Origin: Octopus bimaculoides
Taxonomy: Eukaryota
Direction of reading: 5' to 3'
Assembly (NCBI RefSeq): GCF_001194135.2
Contig: NC_068991.1
Span: 22,610,386-22,674,385, forward strand
Length of the DNA stretch: 64,000 nucleotides
Position numbers and translations under genes: made by a program. The notes below the pieces were generated by a model that was not told the DNA's origin, did no database searches, and saw nothing but the letters and a program-made list of their open reading frames with translations. Within the stretch, counting starts at the first letter, position 1. Every line of letters starts with the position of its first letter. Shown piece by piece: positions 52,437 to 63,589 of the stretch.

Positions 52437-53167
52437 CCTTACTGACTTATAGTAGAGAAGGTTGCATTGGCTAATATGGTCTTGGATACACTATCTGAAT
52501 AAGAGACAGAGGAGTTGCACCTGGAATACTCAGCCATTGCTAACCTGGGGTTATAAAATAATCCTTTGTCATCTCATTTGTGAGACCCAATATTCTGAGA
52601 TTTCATTATTTTTTTGTCTTTGTCTTCTTTCTTCTGCCACAGACAGCTTCTACTATAAGTACACACTGCTTCATCTAGTAGTACTGATTATCCATTCACA
52701 TAGCACATCTATTATAATGCAGCTGTGACTTCTCTGCATATACCAGCTGTTGTTTTTAATACCCAGCTGTTTTTTTTCAACATATTTGCACTCTACTTGT
52801 CTTCCTTTCATGCAATTTAATGTTACATATCTGATGAATCATGCTTAACTGTCAACCCAACGAAGGAGCTTCTATGCAATTGTGCAAGTTGCTAGAAATA
52901 ACAGCCAAATCTCTTCAAGCCACATCCTACCATCTAAAAAAAAATGGAAGGATGGATATATTGAACAATGTAAAGTACAAGCTGATGGAGCTAAACAACA
53001 ACAGCTTAACTGATTTATCTTCTGCCTCTGCAGATTTTTTCTATTCAATGTCATTGTCTCACTGCCAAGCAGGACCACAACTCTTTGCACCAGACCCAAA
53101 TAGTCTTAATTTTGCATGAAGGATGCAACCTATTGTTGATTTATTTTTCTTACTTATATATTTTGAG

Positions 53168-53480
53168 GGTACATGGCCTAGTGGTTAAGGTGTTGCACTC
53201 ACAATCGTGAGATCATGGTTTCAATTCCCAGACTGACTGGTGTGTTGTGCTCTTGAGCAAAACACTTCATTTCATATTGTTCCAGTCCACTCAGCTGCAA
53301 ATGAGTAACTCTGCAATGGACTGACATCCCGTTTAGGGAGGAAGGCAGGATCTTGGTCCCTTATACACCATAGGCCTACCTACCTAGCCAGTGGGGTGGC
53401 ATCATTTGAAATCTACAAAAATGTGAGGAAGCACATTGGGACCAGTAGTGTATAACAACATCCAATAATCTGGTTGACTC
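53168..53480 (+). mobile_element. Older tRNA-headed SINE with CORE-like central box
   Basis: Colinear with 18525-18830. Further degenerate copies lie at about 10530-10770 (+) and 38430-38660 (-). Confidence 0.7.
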
Positions 53481-55282
53481 TGTGGTACAATTTTGTACAC
53501 TCTGATGCACCTTTGGCACCATCTCACATTTCCAGCCATGGTAGCCATGTATCTCTTCTACAAGACACCAATACCAGTCCCTCTATCATGTTTTAACCTC
53601 TCAGCACCTAGCATAAAGCCATCTCACCATCTCCTTTAATATTATGCACCCTCGGTTAAGGGTCTTTTCTTGCAAGTTATGTGGTGATCTCACTAGTGCC
53701 TGTGCCATGTAAAGAAAGTACCCGGTATACTCTGTGAAGTAGGTGGTGTTGAGAAAGGTATCTAGCCTCAGAAACTATGCCAAAGCAGACATTGGAGCCT
53801 GGTGCAGTCCTCTGGCTTGCCAGCTCCTGTGAAACCATTGCAACTTATGTCAGCATGGAAAGTAAACATTAAATGATGATGATAATGATGAATCATAGTG
53901 TCATTGGGTACAAGTTTCCAATAGAGCCAATAGCAGGATTTGTGATATTTCAAATGGGAAGAGTGGCAAAGGGGTGTTTGTGTAACTTGAGCAGAAAAAA
54001 AAAAAAATCTCAAAGAAATTCACATGGTTTTTCTCTTTCATGACTAAAATATACAAATTCATATAGGTGTTGGCATTTTTATCTAGTTATGAAATTTGCT
54101 GCACAACACAATGTCTTCTACCATAGCCCCAAATTGACCAATATCTTAAGTGAAATATGGTAGATGCAAGCAGTGGAAACCTATTATATGCAGGGTGTGT
54201 GTGTGTGCATGCATGCACATATTTATACATACCTGAATGCATGCAAGTGTTTAGAGTATTATAATTGTTTTTATAAATTGGATTAATTCCCCATACTGAA
54301 AGGCTTTTTACAGTTGACATTGGTCTGAAATATTCATTGATGAGACTGAAATAATTGTTAGACTCACTGGTGAGTACAGTAGAACAGCATCAACTGTACA
54401 AAACCTTTAGGTATGAGGAAATACCTAAACAATTATAACACTGTACAGTCTAGTCTATTGAGTACATGGTGATTTTGTATCAAAACACAATCAAGCATAG
54501 ATCTTTACACTCACACACATATGAATAAATATGTCTGTTTGTGGTTGTGTTGTGATATGATGAGAAAGGCCTAAAGCCAACATTTATAAATTTTGTTGTT
54601 TAACCTCAAGTCAACCTTTATATAATCAGATCTGTGATCAAAGTTGTTAAAGCTACTACCATTTCATCTTTTTTATCATATATTGTGTATCCTAAACTAT
54701 ATTATCTAATACTTTCTTGTTTTAAAATGGTAGCGTTTGAGTTAACGGAAATTTAGCTGTTATTTCTAGCAAGCTGAATGATCATCTACAGACTCCTTCA
54801 TTGGCTGATGTGGTGACCCTGTAAAAACTACCTTGTTGATTTGTTCATAATTTGTTTCTTTTTCCTAGATGAGACCAACAGAAACAGTATTTACTAAACC
54901 CATCCTTTTGTAATTCCACAGTAGGTTAATAATCCCATTACAAGAAATGTCATTTTTTTCTTTTTTTCTTTCTTTCTGTGATGTTACTTTATTACCTTGT
55001 GAATAACTGAAAAGTTTATGTCTTTGGTTTATTTTTATTTCTGTTTTCCTTGTAATCATCACACCTATTGTAACTGAATATTGAAGTTTATCCCAGCCAT
55101 CTATGTGATAGATGGATGAGAGAAAACATTACTCCAAGATGGGATAGTTTATTGTAGGTTTTGCTCCTAAGCACATCTGGGACCCTTTCTTTAAGCTACC
55201 ACTTTTACCTATGCAGGGTTAGTGGGATTTTGCAGGTTAAATATTTCATGACAAGACAGAATTCTGATCTTTTGCATTTACT

Positions 55283-56178
55283 CTTTACTCTTTTACTTGT
55301 TTCAGTCATTTGACTGTGGCCATGCTGGAGCACCACCTTTAGTTGAGCAAATCGACCCCAGGACTTATTCTTTGTAAGCCTAGTACTTATTCTATCGGTC
55401 TCTTTTGCCGAACCGCTAAGTTACGGGGACGTAAGCACACCACCATCGGTTGTCAAGCAATGTTTTGCGGGGGACAAACACACACACACACACAGATATA
55501 TATCATCATCATCATCATCATCGTTTAACGTCCGCTTTCCATGCTAGCATGGGTTGGACGATTTGACTNNNNNNNNNNNNNNNNNNNNNNNNNNNNNNNN
55601 NNNNNNNNNNNNNNNNNNNNNNNNNNNNNNNNNNNNNNNNNNNNNNNNNNNNNNNNNNNNNNNNNNNNNNNNNNNNNNNNNNNNNNNNNNNNNNNNNNNN
55701 NNNNNNNNNNNNNNNNNNNNNNNNNNNNNNNNNNNNNNNNNNNNNNNNNNNNNNNNNNNNNNNNNNNNNNNNNNNNNNNNNNNNNNNNNNNNNNNNNNNN
55801 NNNNNNNNNNNNNNNNNNNNNNNNNNNNNNNNNNNNNNNNNNNNNNNNNNNNNNNNNNNNNNNNNNNNNNNNNNNNNNNNNNNNNNNNNNNNNNNNNNNN
55901 NNNNNNNNNNNNNNNNNNNNNNNNNNNNNNNNNNNNNNNNNNNNNNNNNNNNNNNNNNNNNNNNNNNNNNNNNNNNNNNNNNNNNNNNNNNNNNNNNNNN
56001 NNNNNNNNNNNNNNNNNNNNNNNNNNNNNNNNNNNNNNNNNNNNNNNNNNNNNNNNNNNNNNNNNNNNNNNNNNNNNNNNNNNNNNNNNNNNNNNNNNNN
56101 NNNNNNNNNNNNNNNNNNNNNNNNNNNGAACCCAGAGCCATGTGGTTGGTAAGCAAGCTACTTATCACACAGCCACTC
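55283..56178 (-). mobile_element. Same SINE family, interrupted by a nested RTE-tailed element and an N gap
   Basis: The 3' body lies at 55283-55500 and the head at 56128-56178. An RTE-type tail (ATC)n-GTTTAACGTCCGCTTTCCATGCTAGCATGGGTTGGACG lies at 55503-55568. Confidence 0.8.
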
Positions 56179-56850
56179 TTTTTTTTCTTTGTTTAATTTA
56201 TGAGCAGTTTTGAACCGAGAACTGCAAAACTGCAAAACAGTGATTTGTATATTCTTTTATGGTTTCTGATTACAGAGTTTTTAGCCCTTGTTCTTAATGA
56301 AAAGCAAAGGTTAAAAACACTGTAAAAAAATGGATGCTGAACCCTTGAGGGTTAAGTATCTTGATAAGGAATATAATTTTCTGCCAGTAACTGGATACAC
56401 ACCAATAAGTAAACTGATAAATTACTGATTTGACCTGTTAACTCATACCTGTGATATATGATTTAAAAACCTAAAAGATTTAATGCAGTATTTCAATCTC
56501 ATTAATAGAAAAGCCCTGAAAAGTATAACTTTGTCAAAGCAATTTTTGATTAGTTACGAGTGTTCACTTAATCAAAAATCTTATTACATCAGATTTTTAT
56601 GTCATTTTATATCCATCATTGTCTCTCACCTCTTCCCTCACTTTATCTCATCAACATTGTTTATGTTTCTGGCACCATATCACTCAATTACCAGATTGTA
56701 CCTGCTTTGTTGCTAATTCACAAGACTTCTTTCTCAGAGAAAGCTTCAACACCTGATGTCTGTTTGATTATGAACAGCCAATATTATTTCAGGCTTTTCT
56801 AGCACCACTCAAATTCTCATCAGTTGTATATGCAAGCACACAGACACACA

Positions 56851-56910
<60 letters not shown>

Positions 56911-57282
56911 NNNNNNNNNNNNNNNNNNNNNNNNNNNNNNNNNNNNNNNNNNNNNNNNNNNNNNNNNNNNNNNNNNNNNNNNNNNNNNNNNNNNNNNNNN
57001 NNNNNNNNNNNNNNNNNCAGATTAACATAAAATTTTGATAGGTTTTTCGATCACTTTAAACAGGAAGTTTGTGCCATAGAACCCAGGTCAGTCTTGGACA
57101 TTGTTGGTATCAAAAGGGTTAATTAATAATTATTAATAACAGTGTGAAACAATATACATTTGTAAACCAAAATTCATGACTGAAAAGAATATTTTATACG
57201 TGTGTCCCTCTTAAATTTTCAGTTATAGATTGGTCTCTAGGAAGCACATTTAACAGAAATGCAACTTTCATTTCTCTTTTAG

Positions 57283-57342
57283 CAAAGAAATTTCAAACAG
57301 AAGATCATTGCCCTGCTCCGAAGGTTCAAAGCCTCGGAGGAA
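57283..57342 (+). CDS. PACS2: PACS-family (PACS1/PACS2-like) internal coding exon, 60 nt, phase 0-0, QRNFKQKIIALLRRFKASEE
   Basis: Acceptor tttctcttttag|CAA and donor GAA|gtaagt. The peptide matches my recollection of vertebrate PACS2 [20 protein letters not shown]. Invertebrates have a single PACS gene, so the PACS2 label is nominal. Confidence 0.93.
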
Positions 57343-58099
57343 GTAAGTTAATCTTTATATTACTTTCTCATTATTTCCTACCTGTCTTCATTACTTGCAT
57401 ATGTCATTAGCTCTGTCTTTCTCTAGGTATTTTGTTGGGGTTTTTTTTTGTGGTAGTGGTGGTGGGAGATGATTTTTATCTGCTGGAGATGTGGTTGCTG
57501 AAACAGGCATATCACAGGTGCAATGTATCTTGCATACAATATTCCTTGAATAAGGCTTATTGCTTTATCTGGCTTAGTCGTAGATGATAGACTTCATCCA
57601 TTGCTTAATGTAGCAACACCTCCTGATCTTTGAGTATCTTTAATGGCAACTACTTTCTTGCGAGCATACTTCTGTCAGGTAGTAACCCATGAGTTGTAGT
57701 TTATTCCTCATTCTCCCTCTATCAATCTCGGAGATCCTGCAGTAAAATCACAGGCTTCGCCCATTTTTTTTTATGTCTTGAAAAAGAGAAAGAAGTCTAC
57801 ATCACTAATTCAAATAGGTTTTGATAGAGCAGTTGGTTCTAGGAAGGACATCAAGCTACCAGATCAATAAAAGAAAGTTTCTATAAAGTCAGAATTTGAT
57901 TTTTTCTCTTTGTTGACTTAGCAAAAATAAAGGGAGGGGCAGTTCTCATAAACTTTTCATACCTTCTCAAACTGGTGAGATTTATGTGGTTTGTAGTCAC
58001 CGTGAACATCTCTGTTAACATCTGCAGGAAACTTGTAGGGAATAATAGCTGCACTACAGCAGTTTACACAAAGAACATAGCTGATTATACTTCGAGAAA

Positions 58100-59060
58100 A
58101 TCATTTACCTCTACAAATTAGATAACATTTACCCACCACTCCTGCAAGACCATTGTCCGTAATGAGATGAATGTCCTCATGCATTGCACAGCAGCAAGCC
58201 TTTTGCTAACGAAATACCAGCTAACCCTTTTGGTCCCCTGCCATAAGGATCTCTCTACTAATTTTCCAAAATCCTCCTTTTCAACACTTAACTGTGATGC
58301 TTTATTAAAATGTACTCTCACTAAAAAGCCTCTACGTTACCTGTCCACTTTACATCCAACTCCACACCGCATGCTCTTAGTAAATCTCCTTCAAACTATT
58401 CCTCTCCACCCCCCACCCCAGACTCATCATTACATAATTATAATGTTCCAAATGTGAAAACACCCCCAGTTACTTCACACAGACACAGTCACCATACCTA
58501 ACAATGTTTCTTCCTTTATCCTCAAACAATGTTCCCCTTGAGTTTGTCCATATCCTCAAAAAAATTCTTCAGTCTCCCTCACTCTACAAAGATATATCCC
58601 AGTCTTTGCAAATGTGTTACAGTGTCCCATTCCTGAACTCTTCATCCTATGGCACTTACTCTTAGCTTCTGAAAGGTGAAGATAACCATTAACAACCACC
58701 ATCTCTAGCTCCTTGAACTTTTCTCCCACCTTAATAACTAGAGTACAGCTTTCATAGAACCAGATCTTCTGGAGACCTACTCACTTGTGTCACTCACCAG
58801 TGGTCTCTTGCCTTCAAGAAATTTGATGAAAACAGTGTTGTTGCACTTGATATCAACAAAGCATTTGACTGTATCTAGCTCATAAATCTTTTACCTGCCT
58901 ATGAACTCCATCCATGTCTCATCTCTTGGATTAGAGGCTTTCTACCAGGTTGTATCATCATAGTGTGTGCTGATGGAGCTCTCTCTGACTTGCACTCTAT
59001 AAACTCGGTGAACTCCCAAGGTTCAGTTTTGTCCCCAACACCCTTCTCTAATACATGAAT
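58100..59060 (+). mobile_element. Degenerate CR1/Jockey-like LINE reverse transcriptase fragment in a PACS intron
   Basis: From 58741 the frame reads EYSFHRTRSSGDLLTCVTHQW...VVALDINKAFDCI*...LISWIRGFL...SINSVNSQGSVLSPT, i.e. decayed RT motifs (YGFR..RS, ALD..KAFD, PQGSVLSP). The 5' boundary is approximate. Confidence 0.8.
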
Positions 59061-59481
59061 CTTGGAGATTTTGATGAGATGATTGTTTATTTTTAGAATA
59101 ATGTTGCAGGGTAGGTGTGAGAGGCTGAACCTGGCTGGTTTGAACATAAAACAGGCAGAAAATTTGGTCCAGATCTGGTTAAAATGCTTGTGTGAGAGCT
59201 TTTAGTTAAATTGTGTTTCAAAACCCAGCTAATAATGGAGAAGTTATTTCAGTAAATTGCTCCAAATTCTAGATTATTTAAATATTGTTTGAAATGCATA
59301 GACAAGCATATGTGTAGTTGTGTGTTTCACTTTGGGACCACTTGCTTCCTGGCTCAATTTCACACCACCTTGGGCAAGTGTCCCATGATTGGAGGTTCTT
59401 TTGGAACATGGTTGGAGACATCAAACACAAAGCATCTGCATTTTTGTTTGTTTAATTTTGATTCTTTTTTTTCTTATTCAG

Positions 59482-59633
59482 GCTTTAGACTCAGAAGCTG
59501 ACCATGAACTGGTTGACCCAGACCACAATCCACATGATATTGAGGACCTTCTTGTAGATTTTGATGATCTAAGTGACAGTGGTCCTGAACTGGACACCCT
59601 TAGTGTCACATCTACCCCTAAACCACAGTTAAG
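59482..59633 (+). CDS. PACS2: PACS-family internal coding exon, 152 nt, phase 0-2, acidic middle region ALDSEADHELVDPDHNPHDIEDLLVDFDDLSDSGPELDTLSVTSTPKPQL(R)
   Basis: Acceptor ttttttttcttattcag|GCT and donor AG|gtaatt. Contains the SDSGPE and STPKP.LR motifs (PACS1 SDSGPEME...STPKPKLK, PACS2 SDSGPDME...STPKPKLR, from memory). In frame with the preceding exon. Confidence 0.95.
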
Positions 59634-60464
59634 GTAATTATACTCTTAAAGATTTCATTAGTATTATTGTTCTTAAGTATCTCTGATTATCCGTGTTTAA
59701 GCAAATCTTGCATGGGTTTCTGATCAAATGTTTATAATGACCACCACCACCATCATCATCAGTGTGATGTTCATATGGTCACACTGACCAGAATTGCTCA
59801 GGTCTGCAAAAGCAGCAACAATTTGTGTTTTAGTCTTGTACTGATACCAAACATCTAATGCTCTTCCTAAACCTCTGACGCTTATTACAGATGTCTCCTT
59901 TATAGCATATATTGTATTCAACCATTAAGTTGAAGCAGACATGTTTATAACTGTCTCCTTAGGATAGATACTGCTTTGTGACAGACAATTTCTAGAACTA
60001 TTTGCTTCATGTTGTAAACATCTGTAGTACTTGTTTGCATAGGGCTGGGATAAACACCATTTGGAACTGCCTGCTTCATAAGATGGATACTATCTGCAAC
60101 TGTCTGTTAGATGGGTGGATGAGACACCATCTACAGCTACCTGTATGGTTGGGTAGATAGGCACCCTCTGAAACTACCTGTTTTGGAATAGATGTCAGAA
60201 ACATGAAGGAAAACAAAAAAAAAACCAACCAAAGCATGTTTGCATCATTTTGAAAGTCTCAACATAGTTGACTTGTGAGAAATAGCAGCCAAATCACTCT
60301 CAGATCATACTGTACCATCTCAAAGAAGGATAGATAGTCTAAGTATAAGACAGAATACCCACTGCTGGAATGCCTTTGATTATAAATCTACTTAATCATG
60401 GGTAACTTGGGGTTAAATAACTCCTTTTCACTCCCCTCTTCCTTTCTCTACCATATGTTCTCTT

Positions 60465-60672
60465 TGAATGTCTGTCTGTGTGTCTGTCTCTCTGTCTGTC
60501 TGTCTCTCTATCTGTCTGTCTGTCTCTCTATCTGTCTGTTTGTCTCTCTATCTGTCTGTCTTTCTGTCTGTTTGTTTGTCCTTCTATCTCTATCTTTCTA
60601 TTTGTTTGTCTCTCTATCTCTCTCTCTCTTTGTTTGTCTCTCTCTCTCTATCTATCTCTCTGTCTGTCTCCC
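60465..60672. repeat. Compound (TCTG)/(TCTA)/(CT) microsatellite
   Basis: Directly visible. Confidence 0.92.
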
Positions 60673-61393
60673 TTCCCAAGAGGATAATGTGCACTACAGA
60701 AATTACTAGGTGACCCATCAGAAGAAAAACCAATACTGAATGAAGGAATGAATGAAGGAATGTATGCATGATTGATGACAGAATCAATTTTTCTAAACAG
60801 TTCAACAATGTACCTTTTATTCTACTGATGCTACTATGGTAAAAAGAACCCATTAAACTAATGATGATGATGTTTATTCAACATTTTGTGTGACACTAAT
60901 GGTACTGTTGTGGGCTGTCAATATTTCATAAAAAGCCATTAAGCGATTCATTTAATAAACTTCAGCCAGTGAGGTCTCCAGGTCAGTGAAATCATTATTG
61001 TAATACCAGCAGGATGCATTAACAAGCCCAACAACATTTATTTTATTCAGGTCTGGTTCATTAAGGTGTTTGTGCAGAATACAGTTCAATACTTGTTACA
61101 TTCTTGTATGTTGCAAGTGTTACAAATGCCTTAGAATAAGAGCTAAGCTCTTGGCAAACAGAATCTGCAATCAGGTTGTTGTTTCAGCCCTGGATCAATC
61201 TTGATCAATAAAGTAAACCTATGATAAAAGACATTCTATATGTAACTGTCTCATACGTTTTTCAGGCATTGTCTACCTACCCCACACTACCCCACCAGAC
61301 CAATGTCTTTCATTCAGCAGTCTCCTCTGCATAGGTTCACATTTAATAGATGTTCCTGCCATGACCATATTGTATCATATATCTTTTTTACAG

Positions 61394-61759
61394 TGGCGGC
61401 GCAATGGCCCAGTGGTTAGGGCAGCGGACTCGCAGTCATAGGATTGCGGTTTCGATTCCCAGACCGGGCGTTGTGAGTGTTTATTGAGCGAAAACACCTA
61501 AAGCTCCACGAGGCTCTGGCAGGGGATGGTGGCGAACCCTGTTGTACTCTTCCACCACAACTTTCTCTTACTTCCTGTTTCTGTTGTGCCTGTAATTCAA
61601 AAGGTCAGCCTTGTCACGCTGAATATCCCCGAGAACTATGTTAAGGGTACACGTGTCTGTGGAGTGATCAGCCACTTGCACGTTAATTTCACGAGCAGGC
61701 TGTTCCGTTGATCGGATCAACTGGAACCCTCAACGTTGTAAGCAACGGAGTGCCAACAA
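61394..61759 (+). mobile_element. Young tRNA-derived SINE (different family) with 13-bp TSD
   Basis: A box TGGCCCAGTGG and B box GGTTTCGATTCCC. ATCTTTTTTACAG is perfectly duplicated at 61381-61393 and 61760-61772. The element is CpG-rich. Confidence 0.9.
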
Positions 61760-62403
61760 ATCTTTTTTACAGGTATAGCATATCTAGAACCACATTATTG
61801 AATGCGTCCATTTTTTTCTAAGGCCATAGTATGTGATTAAGGGAGTTTTGGGCTGTTATTTCTAGTACATTGAGCACATTGAACAACCACATAATAGATT
61901 GCTTGATGGCTCAGTCAACCAAGTTATCATTGACTGGTTTTGTTTCTAAATGTGAAGGTAATAGTTTGAAAATAATGGTTTGATCTTGCTTTCTTTTATT
62001 TGCCTTTTTTGTGACTGGGTAGGTTGTGGACTTAACATCAGTTTATCATAATCATGGGCAAACTGCATGCAGCTTGTAAGATTCTTTGAATGGCTTGCCA
62101 ACAGAATAAAATTACCTTGGATTGTTTTAATAGTGCAACCCATCTGATGATTAGCCATATCTCATGCAGCCTGCTTCTCATAAAAGGTTGCTCATGAATT
62201 CGAATATGTTATGGAAATTTTCCTTCATTAGCCTCTTTTTTCTCATATCACACATATCCTTAGAAACAATACTTGGATAAAATAAAATAATTGACTATCT
62301 GTTGTTTCATTATTCTATGTTAAAGGTGTACAATGTACAGAAAGTGGCTGTCTATGAATAAAAAACTATTAGGAAATATTAAATATTAAGCGTATAAACG
62401 TAG

Positions 62404-62765
62404 GCACAGGCATGGCTGTGTGGTGAGAAACTTGCTTCCCAACCACATGGTTCCGGGTTCAGTCCCACTGCATGGCACCTTAGGCAAATGTCTTCTACTA
62501 TAACCTCACGCCAACCAAAGCCTTATGAGTGGGTTTGGTGGAGGGAAACTGAAGGAAGCCCATCTTGTGTGTGTTTGTGTTTGTCCCCCTCCTCATCACT
62601 TGACAACCAGTGGTGGTATTTTTACAGTCCTGTAACTTGGTGGTTCAGCAAAAGAGACTGATAGAATAAGTACTGGGGGTCAATATATTCAACTAAAATT
62701 TCTTTAAGGCAGTGCTCCAGCATGGCTGTAGTCAAATGACTGAAACAAGTGAAAGATAAAAGATA
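62404..62765 (+). mobile_element. Same SINE family, copy in PACS intron
   Basis: Head plus GTTTGTCCCC...GTAACTT...GTCAAATGACTGAAACAAGT body. Confidence 0.85.
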
Positions 62766-62823
62766 GTATGACATCTTGAATCATTTACAATTATTAAAAA
62801 AAAGAGGGAAAGAATCTTAATAG

Positions 62824-63230
62824 GTGCAGACATAGCTGTGTGGTTTAGAAGCTTGCTTCCCAGCCATGTGGTCTTGAGCTCAATCTCACTGCATGGCAGC
62901 TTGGGCAGGTGTCTTCTATAGTCCTGGGCCTACCAAAACATTGTGAGTGAATTTGGTAGATAGACACTGAAAGAAGCCTATCATGTGTGTGTATCTATTT
63001 GTGTCTCCTTGTCTTAACATTGTATGATCGTCGTATATTGGTTGTCACTATCGTACAAGCAGTGTCATTCATTTCCAATATTCTGCAAGAACATGGAAAA
63101 ATACTACTTTGCTTGGAAACAGGTGAGGGTTGGCAACAGAAAAGGCATTCAGCTATAGAATATCTGCCTTAGTAAACGCTGTCCAACTCATGCAAGCATG
63201 GAAAAGTGGATGCTAAAATGATGATGATGG
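62824..63230 (+). mobile_element. SINE with the same tRNA head but an RTE-type 3' end and (GAT)n tail
   Basis: The head is shared with 62404. The 3' part ends GTCCAACTCATGCAAGCATGGAAAAGTGGATGCTAAAATGATGATGATG. Confidence 0.8.
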
Positions 63231-63298
63231 AGGTAAATATTTCCCTCCAACTATTCTTAAGTCAATGTTGCTAATTCTTACTTTTGTGACTTTTGCAG

Positions 63299-63350
63299 AC
63301 CATTCTTCACTGACCGAGGGAATTTAATTGAAATGGCTGATATACCTAAG
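63299..63350 (+). CDS. PACS2: PACS-family internal coding exon, 52 nt, phase 2-0, (R)PFFTDRGNLIEMADIPK
   Basis: Acceptor cttttgtgacttttgcag|A and donor AAG|gtaaag. AG+A completes Arg, followed by PFF, matching the PACS junction LK/R-P[FY]F. The gene continues beyond the window. Confidence 0.88.
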
Positions 63351-63589
63351 GTAAAGGTTGTTTATTTTGTTTAACATTGTTCATTGACTTTGTCCTGTTT
63401 GGTATCATATGTTTTAATGCAAAGCCGTTTTCAAGATAAACTTATTTCAATGCTAACCTATTTGTCTTTTAGAGATTAATGCTGTCAGAATTTATGTCTT
63501 TAATTTTACTCATCCATGGTCACCAGCCTTTATCATGTATTGTATCATAAACTCTCATCACATACTTGGTTGGCAACATTTGGTACAGA

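Noticed and set aside
60045-60185. Degenerate about 35-bp repeat x4
   Set aside because: Too diverged to define confidently; ordinary decayed minisatellite at best.
61394-61470. tRNA gene
   Set aside because: It has A/B boxes but no convincing cloverleaf, continues into a SINE body and is bounded by a TSD.
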